Assembly: GCA_947456055.1 (NCBI GenBank)
Contig: CANGSR010000001.1
Location: 1-50,890, forward strand
DNA length: 50,890 nt
Direction: 5' to 3'
From: Chitinophagaceae bacterium
Lineage (GTDB): Bacteria > Bacteroidota > Bacteroidia > Chitinophagales > Chitinophagaceae
Below are positions 10,358 through 19,387 of this stretch, piece by piece. Within the stretch, counting starts at the first letter, position 1; each line of letters opens with the position of its first letter. The position numbers and the translations under genes were made by a program. The notes under the pieces are model-generated. The model worked only from the letters and a program-made list of their open reading frames with translations. It did not search any database and was not told where the DNA came from.

Positions 10358-10671
10358 AATAAATATATTTAAGGTTAAAAATCCAGTTTAAGTATTATAA
10401 AACTATGGAGGCAATTTGGATTTTCAAAATAATTTTTTCTAATATTTGTATAATATATTTTATAATTTCTAGTGCATTAATTCACTACACATTAAACATA
10501 TTTGTTTTTTTTGTTTTGTTACTTTTTTGTGAAATTTCTTGTATTAGATTATACATATTTAATAACCATGCAGTTATGGCATATTTGCAATACTAATACT
10601 AGTTCCATTACATAAGTGAAATTTCCTGATAATAAAATTAAGTAACAATTTACAAAATTAGTAAATAAGCA

Positions 10672-10708
10672 TATAGTGAAGGGGCCTCTAAATGCCCCTT
10701 TCACTATA
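10672..10708 (-). terminator. Hairpin, probable terminator of the monooxygenase gene
   Basis: TATAGTGAAGGGGC...GCCCCTTTCACTATA, 19 nt past the stop; weak T-tail. Confidence 0.5.
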
Positions 10709-10726
10709 AAAATCTAATATATCCTA

Positions 10727-12316
10727 CTAATGTACCACCACCAATTTCTGGCTCAAAATCTGTTGCGAGGTTTTGAGTTCCAGTGAATAAGTTCCGGCTG
10801 GAAGGCCATTTACTGAATATGTAAATACGGAATAGCCAGTAGGGATTAGTTCGCTGGTCCTAAATTGCTTCACCACCCTACCCTGCATGTCTCTTAATAC
10901 GATATCCCCTTTATCGGCATCTTCCAAATAGCACTTAATCACAATATCTGAAATGGCAGGATTTGGCCTTACCTCAAGCAATTGCTGCCCATGGTAGTAA
11001 TTACTAAATTGCTCTGCAGTGCCTAATACCAATCCACTATCTACTATGATGTTCTCATCTCCTGTTTGGTAACGGCTATAAACAAGGAATACAATCATCA
11101 TTTCATCGGTAGTAGCTTCTCCGGCTGTTACCAATTGTGGTGGGCTATGTGGGTTTTCGGGATTAGCTGTTGTATTGTCATAAAATGCCTCTGCCCTCAC
11201 CCTTGAACCTACAGGTATTTTCTTCAACTTAGGGAACATATAAAATCCCTGCCAGTGGAAATCCCAATTCTTGATATTAATATACTTATCGGTATCACCT
11301 GTAGGCAGTATGCTATAACTTTTAATACTCCTACCTATTAGGTGCATATGTGGAGCCACACCTAGCAGGGTAAGATCGGGCAAAATACCTCCAGGTACTT
11401 CTTCACTGAAGGATTGGGTAGTATTTGCAGGTATCACCAATGGGGATGATATATCTAAATCATGCTCCAACAATGGCTGGATAAATACATTTCTTGTAGT
11501 ACCGGTAGTAGGTGTAAAGAAAAAGTGGATTTCAGTACTATCCACCAAACCAACAGTACCGGATGGGTAATGTATCTGGATTACGATGTCGGAATGGGCT
11601 GCCAACCTAACACCGAAACCATGTGGATAGCTCATTGGCATACTGCCAGGCACCCAACCACCCAATAAAACAGCTGAATTACTCCCTACCCCACCAAAAT
11701 CAGGATAACCGGGAGGCGTGGTACTTGCAGCTTGCAGCGCAGCACATTCTCCTGTAGTATCTGAATAAACCAATACGTGGTGAACTATAGAAGGATTACC
11801 TGGAATAGCCTCGAATGAACTAATATACCTATCGGCCAATAATCCGCTTGGCACTACAAAACACTGGTATACATCACCTGTTGATGCAGTAGATGTATAT
11901 GTTGGAATCTTAATTTTCAAGTCAGGCGTACCGGGTATCACACCATGGTTTGCATAAACCGGAACCGGAGGTGCCAACAATGGATTACCTTGTGGGGTAC
12001 CACCGTCAACCCAGGCTGTAATGGTGGCTATATCAGCTGCCGACAATATACGCTGGTGAGCCAATTTGGAATAGGTGGCATCTGGTGGCCATGGTGGCAT
12101 CTTATGTGAGTTCACATCAGCCTTCATGGAGGTGGCATACAATACGGCATCGCTATAAGAAAGTAATCCGAATGGCGCTATCCCCCCATCATGATGGCAT
12201 GAGGTGCAATTATTATATAAAATTGGTGCTACCTTGGTTGCCCAATCTGGTGTAGTAGCGTTTGCACCAAATTGCAATAAGGCAGCACCAGCAAGGAGTA
12301 GCAGTTTTTTAACCAT
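10727..12316 (-). CDS. Secreted copper type II ascorbate-dependent monooxygenase-like (PHM/DBH family) protein with N-terminal c-type heme motif and T9SS CTD
   Basis: Signal peptide; CTSCH heme-c motif; Cu ligands IVHHVL, QIHY, APHMH, DEMM; C-terminal 'RPNPA...LPAGTY...KLVVVH'. Confidence 0.85.
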   Translation of the reverse strand: MVKKLLLLAGAALLQFGANATTPDWATKVAPILYNNCTSCHHDGGIAPFGLLSYSDAVLYATSMKADVNSHKMPPWPPDATYSKLAHQRILSAADIATITAWVDGGTPQGNPLLAPPVPVYANHGVIPGTPDLKIKIPTYTSTASTGDVYQCFVVPSGLLADRYISSFEAIPGNPSIVHHVLVYSDTTGECAALQAASTTPPGYPDFGGVGSNSAVLLGGWVPGSMPMSYPHGFGVRLAAHSDIVIQIHYPSGTVGLVDSTEIHFFFTPTTGTTRNVFIQPLLEHDLDISSPLVIPANTTQSFSEEVPGGILPDLTLLGVAPHMHLIGRSIKSYSILPTGDTDKYINIKNWDFHWQGFYMFPKLKKIPVGSRVRAEAFYDNTTANPENPHSPPQLVTAGEATTDEMMIVFLVYSRYQTGDENIIVDSGLVLGTAEQFSNYYHGQQLLEVRPNPAISDIVIKCYLEDADKGDIVLRDMQGRVVKQFRTSELIPTGYSVFTYSVNGLPAGTYSLELKTSQQILSQKLVVVH

Positions 12317-12420
12317 AAATTGAATTTGAAATATAAAAATAGTGTTTTATTTCGATTTCAAAATGTTTTTTTCCATTCTTTCGAAACCGACAAAATACCC
12401 CTTGATATACCCTGATTGGG

Positions 12421-13122
12421 TTAACCCAACTTATTCTTCAAAAATGCCACAGTCATACCCCAGGCTTCACTGGCTGCCTGTGCATGGTATGATGCCCTGG
12501 CATCGCAATGAAAAGCATGAGGTGCGTAGGAGATAACCACATTTATATAGTCCTTACCTGCATTCCTTACAGCATCAATTACCGTATTTACATGCTCTTC
12601 GGTAATATGATTATCCTTACCACCCCAGAAGAACAGGTGTGGGCCGTGCATATTTACAGCCCTATCGGCCAATGGGTGGGTATAACCACCATAATATGAA
12701 ATTGCAGCGGTGAGTGGCAGGCCTGTATTAGCTATAAAAGCAGCCCTGCCACCCAGGCAAAATCCTATACAACCTATCTTGTCCTTAATAACATTATTGC
12801 TACTTAGCAGCCACTCATAAGCAGCCCTTGCATCGTTTTCAATAGCATCGGCAGTTAGCGGTGTGAAATGGGGCATCACTAATGAAAAATCATCATAACC
12901 TGTTTCCCAGCCCGGAGGTGCAGTGCGGTGAAATAACTCAGGAGCAATAACCACATAACCCAGGGCTGCTATCCTGCCCGCCACATCACGTATATGGGCA
13001 TTAACACCAAAGGCTTCCTGAAATAATATCACCCCCGGAAATGGGCCATCCCCCTCGGGCATAATCACAAACGCATTCATATCATTTGCATCGTGTACTG
13101 AAAGAGTTACTATCTGCTCCAT
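12421..13122 (-). CDS. Dienelactone hydrolase family protein
   Basis: QEAFGVN, nucleophile GFCLGG, G..D, HAFHCD. Confidence 0.92.
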   Translation of the reverse strand: MEQIVTLSVHDANDMNAFVIMPEGDGPFPGVILFQEAFGVNAHIRDVAGRIAALGYVVIAPELFHRTAPPGWETGYDDFSLVMPHFTPLTADAIENDARAAYEWLLSSNNVIKDKIGCIGFCLGGRAAFIANTGLPLTAAISYYGGYTHPLADRAVNMHGPHLFFWGGKDNHITEEHVNTVIDAVRNAGKDYINVVISYAPHAFHCDARASYHAQAASEAWGMTVAFLKNKLG

Positions 13123-13252
13123 TATCTTATTTTTTGTGGAAATTAAGGGATATTTGGTAATTTGCCTTATAAAATTTCACTATTGTTACAACATTAAAGT
13201 TCAAACCCTGATTGAGCCAAAATTTATTAATACCTGATAAACTAATTGAGAT

Positions 13253-13573
13253 ATGAAGACTGTTCTAAATACATTAATTACAGCTACCCTATGCCTGCTA
13301 TTACTACCCGGTTGCGAAGGCTATAGATGTGCCAAGGGTGTAGTAAGAGATAAACTTACCGGCCAGGTGCTGGACAGTGTTTTGGTAAATGCTATCAGTG
13401 GTGACAAACAAAGCTATACTGGTGCAAATGGAAAATTTGGCATTTGCAATCCATTGGGTGGCTGTATGGCCCATTGTAAAGATATTATGGTTGAATTTTC
13501 GAAAGCGGGTTATAAAACTATTACCTTACAAAACCCGGCTGATAGTGTGGTAGTGCAATTGGAAAGACAATAG
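13253..13573 (+). CDS. Small lipoprotein with carboxypeptidase-regulatory-like beta-sandwich
   Basis: Lipobox LPGC; 'G.V.D..TG..L..V.V...T..NG.F...V.FSK.GY' pattern. Confidence 0.7.
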   Translation: MKTVLNTLITATLCLLLLPGCEGYRCAKGVVRDKLTGQVLDSVLVNAISGDKQSYTGANGKFGICNPLGGCMAHCKDIMVEFSKAGYKTITLQNPADSVVVQLERQ

Positions 13574-13575
13574 TA

Positions 13576-13959
13576 ATGGGCTTAAAAAAACACACAAAAT
13601 CTCTACTTGCATTATTTGCCTGCCTTATTCCGGCGCAGCTATTTGCAGAACCAAATGGTGCTGCACAGGAAACCTCCATATTATTATTGCTCTTCGGAAT
13701 ATTGTTTGCAGGTGGTACTTTGGTGATATTGGCAGTAACTGTTACCGGTTTTATTTTAAAACAAAAACCGCCCCCTATTTTATTGAAAATAGGCCTGGGT
13801 GCCAATATTTTATGGACAGCTATTTTTGCGATAATGGTATTGGCAATGCTATCAGGAAATGGGAATCAATCCCAAACAGATATGGTGATGGTGGTTTTGG
13901 GATTTCTAGGGATGGGTGCTGGTGCGTTTATGAATTGGAGGCAGGTGAAGGGGAGGTAA
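13576..13959 (+). CDS. Hypothetical membrane protein
   Basis: Starts 2 nt after the previous stop; signal-like N-terminus plus three hydrophobic segments. Confidence 0.65.
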   Translation: MGLKKHTKSLLALFACLIPAQLFAEPNGAAQETSILLLLFGILFAGGTLVILAVTVTGFILKQKPPPILLKIGLGANILWTAIFAIMVLAMLSGNGNQSQTDMVMVVLGFLGMGAGAFMNWRQVKGR

Positions 13960-13984
13960 ATTTACATTCGACCCATTTGTCATT

Positions 13985-14151
13985 AAAATCCCGACAGGGA
14001 TGATATTATTATAACAAAACGCCCAAGGAGATGGCAAAACCCTGAAAGGGTGATATTATTTTACCATACATTATCCATAATGTCACCCTTTCAGGGTTTT
14101 ACCAAGTTTGGCAACAATTCTTCTACAATAATATCATCCTTTCAGGATTTT
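13985..14151. repeat. Nested inverted-repeat (REPIN-like) element between convergent genes
   Basis: Outer arms AAAATCCCGACAGGGATGATATTATT / AATAATATCATCCTTTCAGGATTTT; inner arms AAAACCCTGAAAGGGTGATATTA / TAATGTCACCCTTTCAGGGTTTT. Confidence 0.75.
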
Positions 14152-14199
14152 TTGCAAACCCATTATTCTAATTTATACATACATGCATAACACTTAAAT

Positions 14200-15573
14200 C
14201 TAATTTATCGGAGCCAACTTAGCAGTAAAATGCCTTAATAGTGGCGATTCTTCAGTAATCTTTAAACCTGTTATGGCATGGCGGTTGGTATACACATCAA
14301 TGATTATTTCCGCCACATAGTCGATATGGCTTTGGGTATATACCCTTCGGGGAATTGCCAATCTAACCAGTTCCTGGGGGGCAGCTACCAGTTTACCATC
14401 CTCATCATACTTGCCAAACATAAGCGAGCCAATCTCCACTCCCCTTACTCCACCTTCTACATATAAAGCGCCTACCAATGCCTGCCCTGGATATTGGTCT
14501 ACAGGGATATGCGACAAAAAAGCTTTTGCATCGAGGTATACAGCATGGCCACCGGCGGGTTGCATCACAGGTACACCAGCATCTATCAGTTTATTGGTAA
14601 GATACTCAATACTGCGGATACGGTATTGCAGGTAATGCTCATCGAGCACCTCAACCAGACCTATGGCTATTGCCTCCAGGTCACGGCCAGCAAGGCCACC
14701 ATAAGTTGGGAAGCCCTCGGTAATCACAAGCAGGTTGCGGCATTCCTGGGCTAGCTTAGGGTCGTTCATAGCCAGGAAACCACCTATATTGGCAAATGCA
14801 TCCTTTTTGGCACTCATGGTGCAACCATCGGCATAAGAAAAAAGTTCCTGGGCTATTTCCTTTACGGTCTTGTTTTTATATTCTTCTTCCCGAATCTTAA
14901 TGAAATAAGAATTCTCGGCAAAACGGCAAGCATCTATAAACATAGGGATACTATATTCGGTACATATCGCCCTTACCTCTTTAATATTCTTCATGCTCAC
15001 TGGCTGACCACCACCAGAATTATTGGTAATTGTAACAATAACTAATGGAATATTTGCTGCCCCTACTTTCTCAATAAAAGCCCTCAAAGCCACCACATCC
15101 ATATTACCCTTGAATGGTGCAGGTATAGATGGATGCTTGCCTTCTTCACAAAGCAGGTCAACCCCTTCGGCACCAGAAAACTCTATATTGGCCCTTGTAG
15201 TATCAAACAATGTATTGCTCACAAAATATTTACCCTTGCCACCCATTATACTAAACAATATTTTTTCTGATGCTCGGCCCTGGTGGGTAGGTATCACATG
15301 CTCCATGTGTGTAATATCCTGTACTGCATCTTTGAACCTGAAAAAGCTGGGGCTACCTGCATACGATTCGTCACCACGCATTATGCCCGCCCACTGGTTG
15401 CTGCTCATGGCACTTGTGCCACTATCGGTGAGCAGGTCAATCAATACATCATCGCTTTTTATCAGGAAGGGATTAAAAAAGGCATCCTTCAGTATCTCCA
15501 CACGCTCTTCCTTAGTATTGAAATTAATAGGCTCAACGCTCTTAATCTTAAATGGTTCTATTATGGTTCTCAT
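14200..15573 (-). CDS. tnaA: Tryptophanase
   Basis: EPFKIKSVE, IDLLTDSGT, PLP-lysine motif MSAKKD and LRHFTAKL; tyrosine phenol-lyase would have SGKKD and RFFTARF. Confidence 0.9.
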   Translation of the reverse strand: MRTIIEPFKIKSVEPINFNTKEERVEILKDAFFNPFLIKSDDVLIDLLTDSGTSAMSSNQWAGIMRGDESYAGSPSFFRFKDAVQDITHMEHVIPTHQGRASEKILFSIMGGKGKYFVSNTLFDTTRANIEFSGAEGVDLLCEEGKHPSIPAPFKGNMDVVALRAFIEKVGAANIPLVIVTITNNSGGGQPVSMKNIKEVRAICTEYSIPMFIDACRFAENSYFIKIREEEYKNKTVKEIAQELFSYADGCTMSAKKDAFANIGGFLAMNDPKLAQECRNLLVITEGFPTYGGLAGRDLEAIAIGLVEVLDEHYLQYRIRSIEYLTNKLIDAGVPVMQPAGGHAVYLDAKAFLSHIPVDQYPGQALVGALYVEGGVRGVEIGSLMFGKYDEDGKLVAAPQELVRLAIPRRVYTQSHIDYVAEIIIDVYTNRHAITGLKITEESPLLRHFTAKLAPIN

Positions 15574-15591
15574 TTATATACTTCTTTGGGG

Positions 15592-15634
15592 CAAAGGTGG
15601 GTGATAATTCACCATACAACTATGACTAAAATCA
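15592..15634 (-). promoter_or_regulatory. tnaA promoter (CACCTTTG) with upstream TGAT-TTTA-GTCA site
   Basis: -7-like octamer at 15599-15592; palindromic site at 15623-15634. Confidence 0.5.
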
Positions 15635-15728
15635 TTCAAAAGGAGCCTAAAAAACAATTCCTGTCATATCATCGGCAACCAGCTGTGGCCAATTTTGCGG
15701 ATAATTAGTACTCAATATTATTAAGCAT

Positions 15729-16199
15729 ATGTCCCATTCGGCTACAATAGAACAAAATAAGAAACTTACCCTGCTCCCACTTGATATTCCTAAGGAGATA
15801 CTGGAGGTAATTAAAGCTAACAATATTGCTACTGTATGCTGTTGTGAGGACAATAAGCCACATTGCTTTAGCTGCTTCTATACCTATATGGAAGATGAAG
15901 CCTGCATCATCTTCAAATCATCAGACTCTAGCCGACATATGCAGATATTGGGCGATAACAATATGGTAGCTGGAACAATTATCCCTTTTGAAAATAGCAT
16001 GACCAAAGTAATAGGTCTTCAATTTGAAGGGGTGATGGTAGATAAAGACGCCATAGGCTCCCGTGCCACCAGGCTTTATTATACCCGTTACCCTTTTGCA
16101 GTGGCTGTACCCGGCAGGATTTGGGTGCTACAATTGAAGGCCATAAAATATACCAATACCACCAATGGCATTAAGCATAAGCTGGAATGGGTGAGGTAA
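15729..16199 (+). CDS. Pyridoxamine 5'-phosphate oxidase-like FMN-binding split-barrel protein (YhbP-like)
   Basis: 'PHCFSCFY', 'S...SRH', 'VAGTI', 'GLQFEG', 'Y..RYPFA' pattern. Confidence 0.8.
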   Translation: MSHSATIEQNKKLTLLPLDIPKEILEVIKANNIATVCCCEDNKPHCFSCFYTYMEDEACIIFKSSDSSRHMQILGDNNMVAGTIIPFENSMTKVIGLQFEGVMVDKDAIGSRATRLYYTRYPFAVAVPGRIWVLQLKAIKYTNTTNGIKHKLEWVR

Positions 16200-16267
16200 A
16201 TTTTGAATCAGAATTTTCAGAATTCGTGCGGGTATTTTTGCGGGTGTGTGAAGATTTGACAACTTTC

Positions 16268-18126
16268 GTCGAGTAGGTAGAGGGAGTTTCACCCTAAACC
16301 TCTCACGGAACCGTACTTGATAGTCTCCCATCATACGGCTCTTATTATTCAGACCAGATTACATATTATCCCCAGTGGACAAATAGCTTTGGTTGTGATT
16401 TTTGTATTGTTTCCACCCAGGCTAATCCTTTTCTGAAGCTTTTATATAATTTCTTGTATTTCCTTTTTCCCCAACTGGCTAGTCGGAATGTTACCATAAT
16501 CAACGCATGGTCGAGCTTACTTCTATAAAACTTCCCATAGTAGTTTAACCATCCTCTCAACTTTGGATTTAACTCCTTAGCTATGTCTTTGATTTCACTA
16601 TGTATTGTTTGCAGTGTTCTACATTCCTTTATCTTTTCCCTTATACTCTTTTGGGATTTGGCACTTATGGCTGGAAGGTAGCCTACAAACATTTCTCCCT
16701 TCTTGTTCTTTGCACCTCTTGCCTGAAAACCGTAGCCAAGAAAATCAAATTTCGTGTTGGGATAATCTTCTCCTTTACGATTATCGTCTTTACAATAGAC
16801 TATTTTCGTCTTTTCCGGATGCATCTGCAGCCCGCACTCTTCCAACCTCTTGCCTAACGCCATTTTCAGTTCTTGCGCCTCTGCTAATGTTTTACAATGA
16901 ATGACCGCATCATCTGCATAGCGTTCAAACGGACATTGCGGGTAGTTGCGTTTTAACCAGCTATCCATACAGTAATGCAGAAACAGGTTTGCTAACAATG
17001 GACTTATAACGGCTCCTTGCGGTGTGCCTTTGGGTCGTTCTGTTTGTGTACCGTCTCTACGTTCTAATGGTGCTTCGAGCCACCTTTTAATGTACAATAA
17101 ATGCCATTTGCAGTTAGTATGTCTTTCTACTGCCTTCATCAGCAGGGCATGGGGGATATTGTCAAAGAACCCTTTGATGTCCAAATCCAATACCCAATCG
17201 TATTTCCAGCATCTTCCCCTGCATACCTTTACTGCGTCTGTGGCTGACTTCCCCGGTCTGTAACCGTAGGAGTCTGCGTAGAACACTTTGTCAATTTCAG
17301 GTTCTAATGCTTGTTTTACTACCATTTGCGCAATCCTGTCTGATACCGTAGGTATACCTAATGGACGTTTACCCCCGCCTTTCTTCGGGATTTCTACCAG
17401 TAATACCGGTGGTGGCATATAGCTGCCTGAACTCATGCGAGCCCATAGTTTATGCAAGTTATTTCTAAGGTCTTTTTCAAATTCTTTGATGCTGACCTCA
17501 TCTACTCCCGCACTCCCCTGATTGGCCCTTACGTACAGCCATGCACTCATCACCCACTCTTGTGGAATCTCAAATGATCTTGTCTTCATCGTTCAGTTTC
17601 TCCTGTTTTGCAGTTTTCTTCATGATAAAAACCGAATAATTGTACCCCTTCCCTCCTATCCCATTACAGAATAATCAACAGTACTACGGGTACATCCGCC
17701 CCTTGAATCCGTATCGGTATTTTAGCCTCCTGGGTTCGCCAATTGTGCTTTTTCCCTTAACACCGGAAACGAAGGTTCTCACGTTCCATGTAATAGCCTG
17801 CATTAAGCTCGCACCACTTATACGCCGGATGCCACGAAAGCAGTAATCACGTTTCCCTTTCGTTCTTAACGGGTTCTTTCTGCAACCCGCTTTTGACATC
17901 ACTTCTGACTTTCGACGCCTCAATAGTGGTTCACTTGCGTTCGCCTTCTTAATACTTACCTAATCCCTTTATGGGACTTTTTCCGTAACGTTCAATAACC
18001 TTAGCTTTTGACTAAAGCACCTTACGGCAGTTTGAAACCCCTGCGTGAACAGCGATTCCGGAGGGTCTGCCTCCATCTTTTACACAGCATCCTTGCTAAT
18101 TTCCATCCGCAAAGTTCGTGACACAC
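16268..18126 (-). mobile_element. Complete group II intron, bacterial class D / IIB (RmInt1-like), 1859 nt
   Basis: 5' end GTGTG at 18126; domain V GAGCCGTATGATGGGAGACTATCAAGTACGGTTC; domain VI ending CTACTCGAC at 16268; intact RT ORF inside. Confidence 0.93.
16366..17589 (-). CDS. ltrA: Group II intron reverse transcriptase/maturase, no endonuclease domain
   Basis: RPLGIPTVSDRIAQ, GTPQGAVISPLLAN, RYADD, FDFLGY, maturase LNPKLRGWLNYY; ends FVHW as in RmInt1-type proteins. Confidence 0.95.
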   Translation of the reverse strand: MKTRSFEIPQEWVMSAWLYVRANQGSAGVDEVSIKEFEKDLRNNLHKLWARMSSGSYMPPPVLLVEIPKKGGGKRPLGIPTVSDRIAQMVVKQALEPEIDKVFYADSYGYRPGKSATDAVKVCRGRCWKYDWVLDLDIKGFFDNIPHALLMKAVERHTNCKWHLLYIKRWLEAPLERRDGTQTERPKGTPQGAVISPLLANLFLHYCMDSWLKRNYPQCPFERYADDAVIHCKTLAEAQELKMALGKRLEECGLQMHPEKTKIVYCKDDNRKGEDYPNTKFDFLGYGFQARGAKNKKGEMFVGYLPAISAKSQKSIREKIKECRTLQTIHSEIKDIAKELNPKLRGWLNYYGKFYRSKLDHALIMVTFRLASWGKRKYKKLYKSFRKGLAWVETIQKSQPKLFVHWG

Positions 18127-18793
18127 GAAAAGTTGTCAAATCTGCTACAACATTATATATTCAATGTTGCTAACAAAAATATTGCTGGTATAAAATACCA
18201 ATTAGCCGATAATCGCTCACCTCCGAGGGAGACTCCTATGGAGTCAAAGCTTTGTAGAAAATTGACCCGTAATCGGCAATACCCCGATTTATCGGGGAAA
18301 CGCACATAGCGACATTATTAATGTACCTCACCCCTAACCCACAAAATTACCCATTGGGGCATAATGGGGCATTTTTGGAAATTAAATAATAACACATGTA
18401 ATTGAATATCATTACCTTATGAAGCCCTCATTGCCCCAAACGGTATTATTTTTATTTTGGGAAAATGGGGCATTGTCCGCCGCCGCGGACAACAGGTTTG
18501 TAGTTAACATAAGAGAAGCGACCGACTGCCCCAGCGGGGCTACCGGTATGTATTTTCCGGAAAACTATAGACATATCTCTAAATCCTACAAATCATTATG
18601 CAAACAAAAATCCACCAACAAATAATTTCGCCCACCCACATGCATTACCTAATTTTGCACTCCCAAATCAACCCTGATAGGCATTATCGTATGCAGATTT
18701 GTTTTTGCACGTTGGTTGTCTAAAATATTTTTCCGCTTTTTAGGTTGATAATCAATCAATTGTGAAGATTGCATAAAATTTCTTAATAAATTT

Positions 18794-18825
18794 TTTGGCA
18801 CTTTCAATCACAGTTTTTACCTTCG
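18794..18825 (+). promoter_or_regulatory. Promoter of the rplM-rpsI-rpsB-tsf operon
   Basis: TTTG (18794-18797), 20-nt spacer, TACCTTCG (18818-18825). Confidence 0.7.
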
Positions 18826-18886
18826 CACTCCTGTTTTTTAAAGACGGGATATTTTTTGAAATTTTACATTTAACATTAATCAATTA

Positions 18887-19327
18887 ATGAGACACTTAAG
18901 TTTTAAAACACAATCGGCCAACGAAAAGATCGTGAAGCGCGACTGGTATGTTGTTGATGCAACTAACCAAACGCTGGGACGTATGAGCTCTAAAATCGCT
19001 TCGGTACTGCGCGGAAAGAACAAGCCTTACTTTACACCGCACTTCGATTGCGGAGATTACGTAATTGTAATCAACAGTAGTAAGATAGTACTTACCGGCA
19101 ACAAAATGGAGGACAAAGAATACCAAACCTATTCTCTATACCCAGGTGGCCAGAAAATAGAAATGGCACGCGACATGAATGCACGCAGGCCAAACCTGAT
19201 GATTGAACGCGCCGTGAAAGGTATGTTGCCTAAAAACCGTTTGGGTAGGGCTATGTACAAGAAACTATTCGTTTATGATACTGCTACCCATCCACACGCA
19301 GCACAAAACCCACAGGTAATGAAATAA
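18887..19327 (+). CDS. rplM: 50S ribosomal protein L13
   Basis: [42 protein letters not shown]. Confidence 0.99.
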   Translation: MRHLSFKTQSANEKIVKRDWYVVDATNQTLGRMSSKIASVLRGKNKPYFTPHFDCGDYVIVINSSKIVLTGNKMEDKEYQTYSLYPGGQKIEMARDMNARRPNLMIERAVKGMLPKNRLGRAMYKKLFVYDTATHPHAAQNPQVMK

Positions 19328-19387
19328 TTGCCGAAAGGTAATTATGAAAATTTCAATCTAACTTTTAACTTTTGACTTTAATATAAA

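Noticed and set aside
10405-10596. 63-aa hydrophobic ORF
   Set aside because: Expected by chance in very AT-rich DNA upstream of the repeat gene; no supporting signals.
13985-14151. CRISPR array
   Set aside because: The repeats are inverted and nested, not direct repeats with unique spacers; no cas genes.
16366-17589. RT as part of a DGR, retron or CRISPR-RT system diversifying the paralogue array
   Set aside because: It has a maturase domain and lies within full group II intron boundaries. I saw no TR/VR pair with adenine-specific differences, msr/msd or cas genes; differences among array copies involve all bases.
18144-18640. Short ORFs or a structured RNA next to the intron 5' end
   Set aside because: A patchwork of short palindromes and TGGGGCA/TGCCCCA motifs with no coherent coding signal; best read as decayed repeats.
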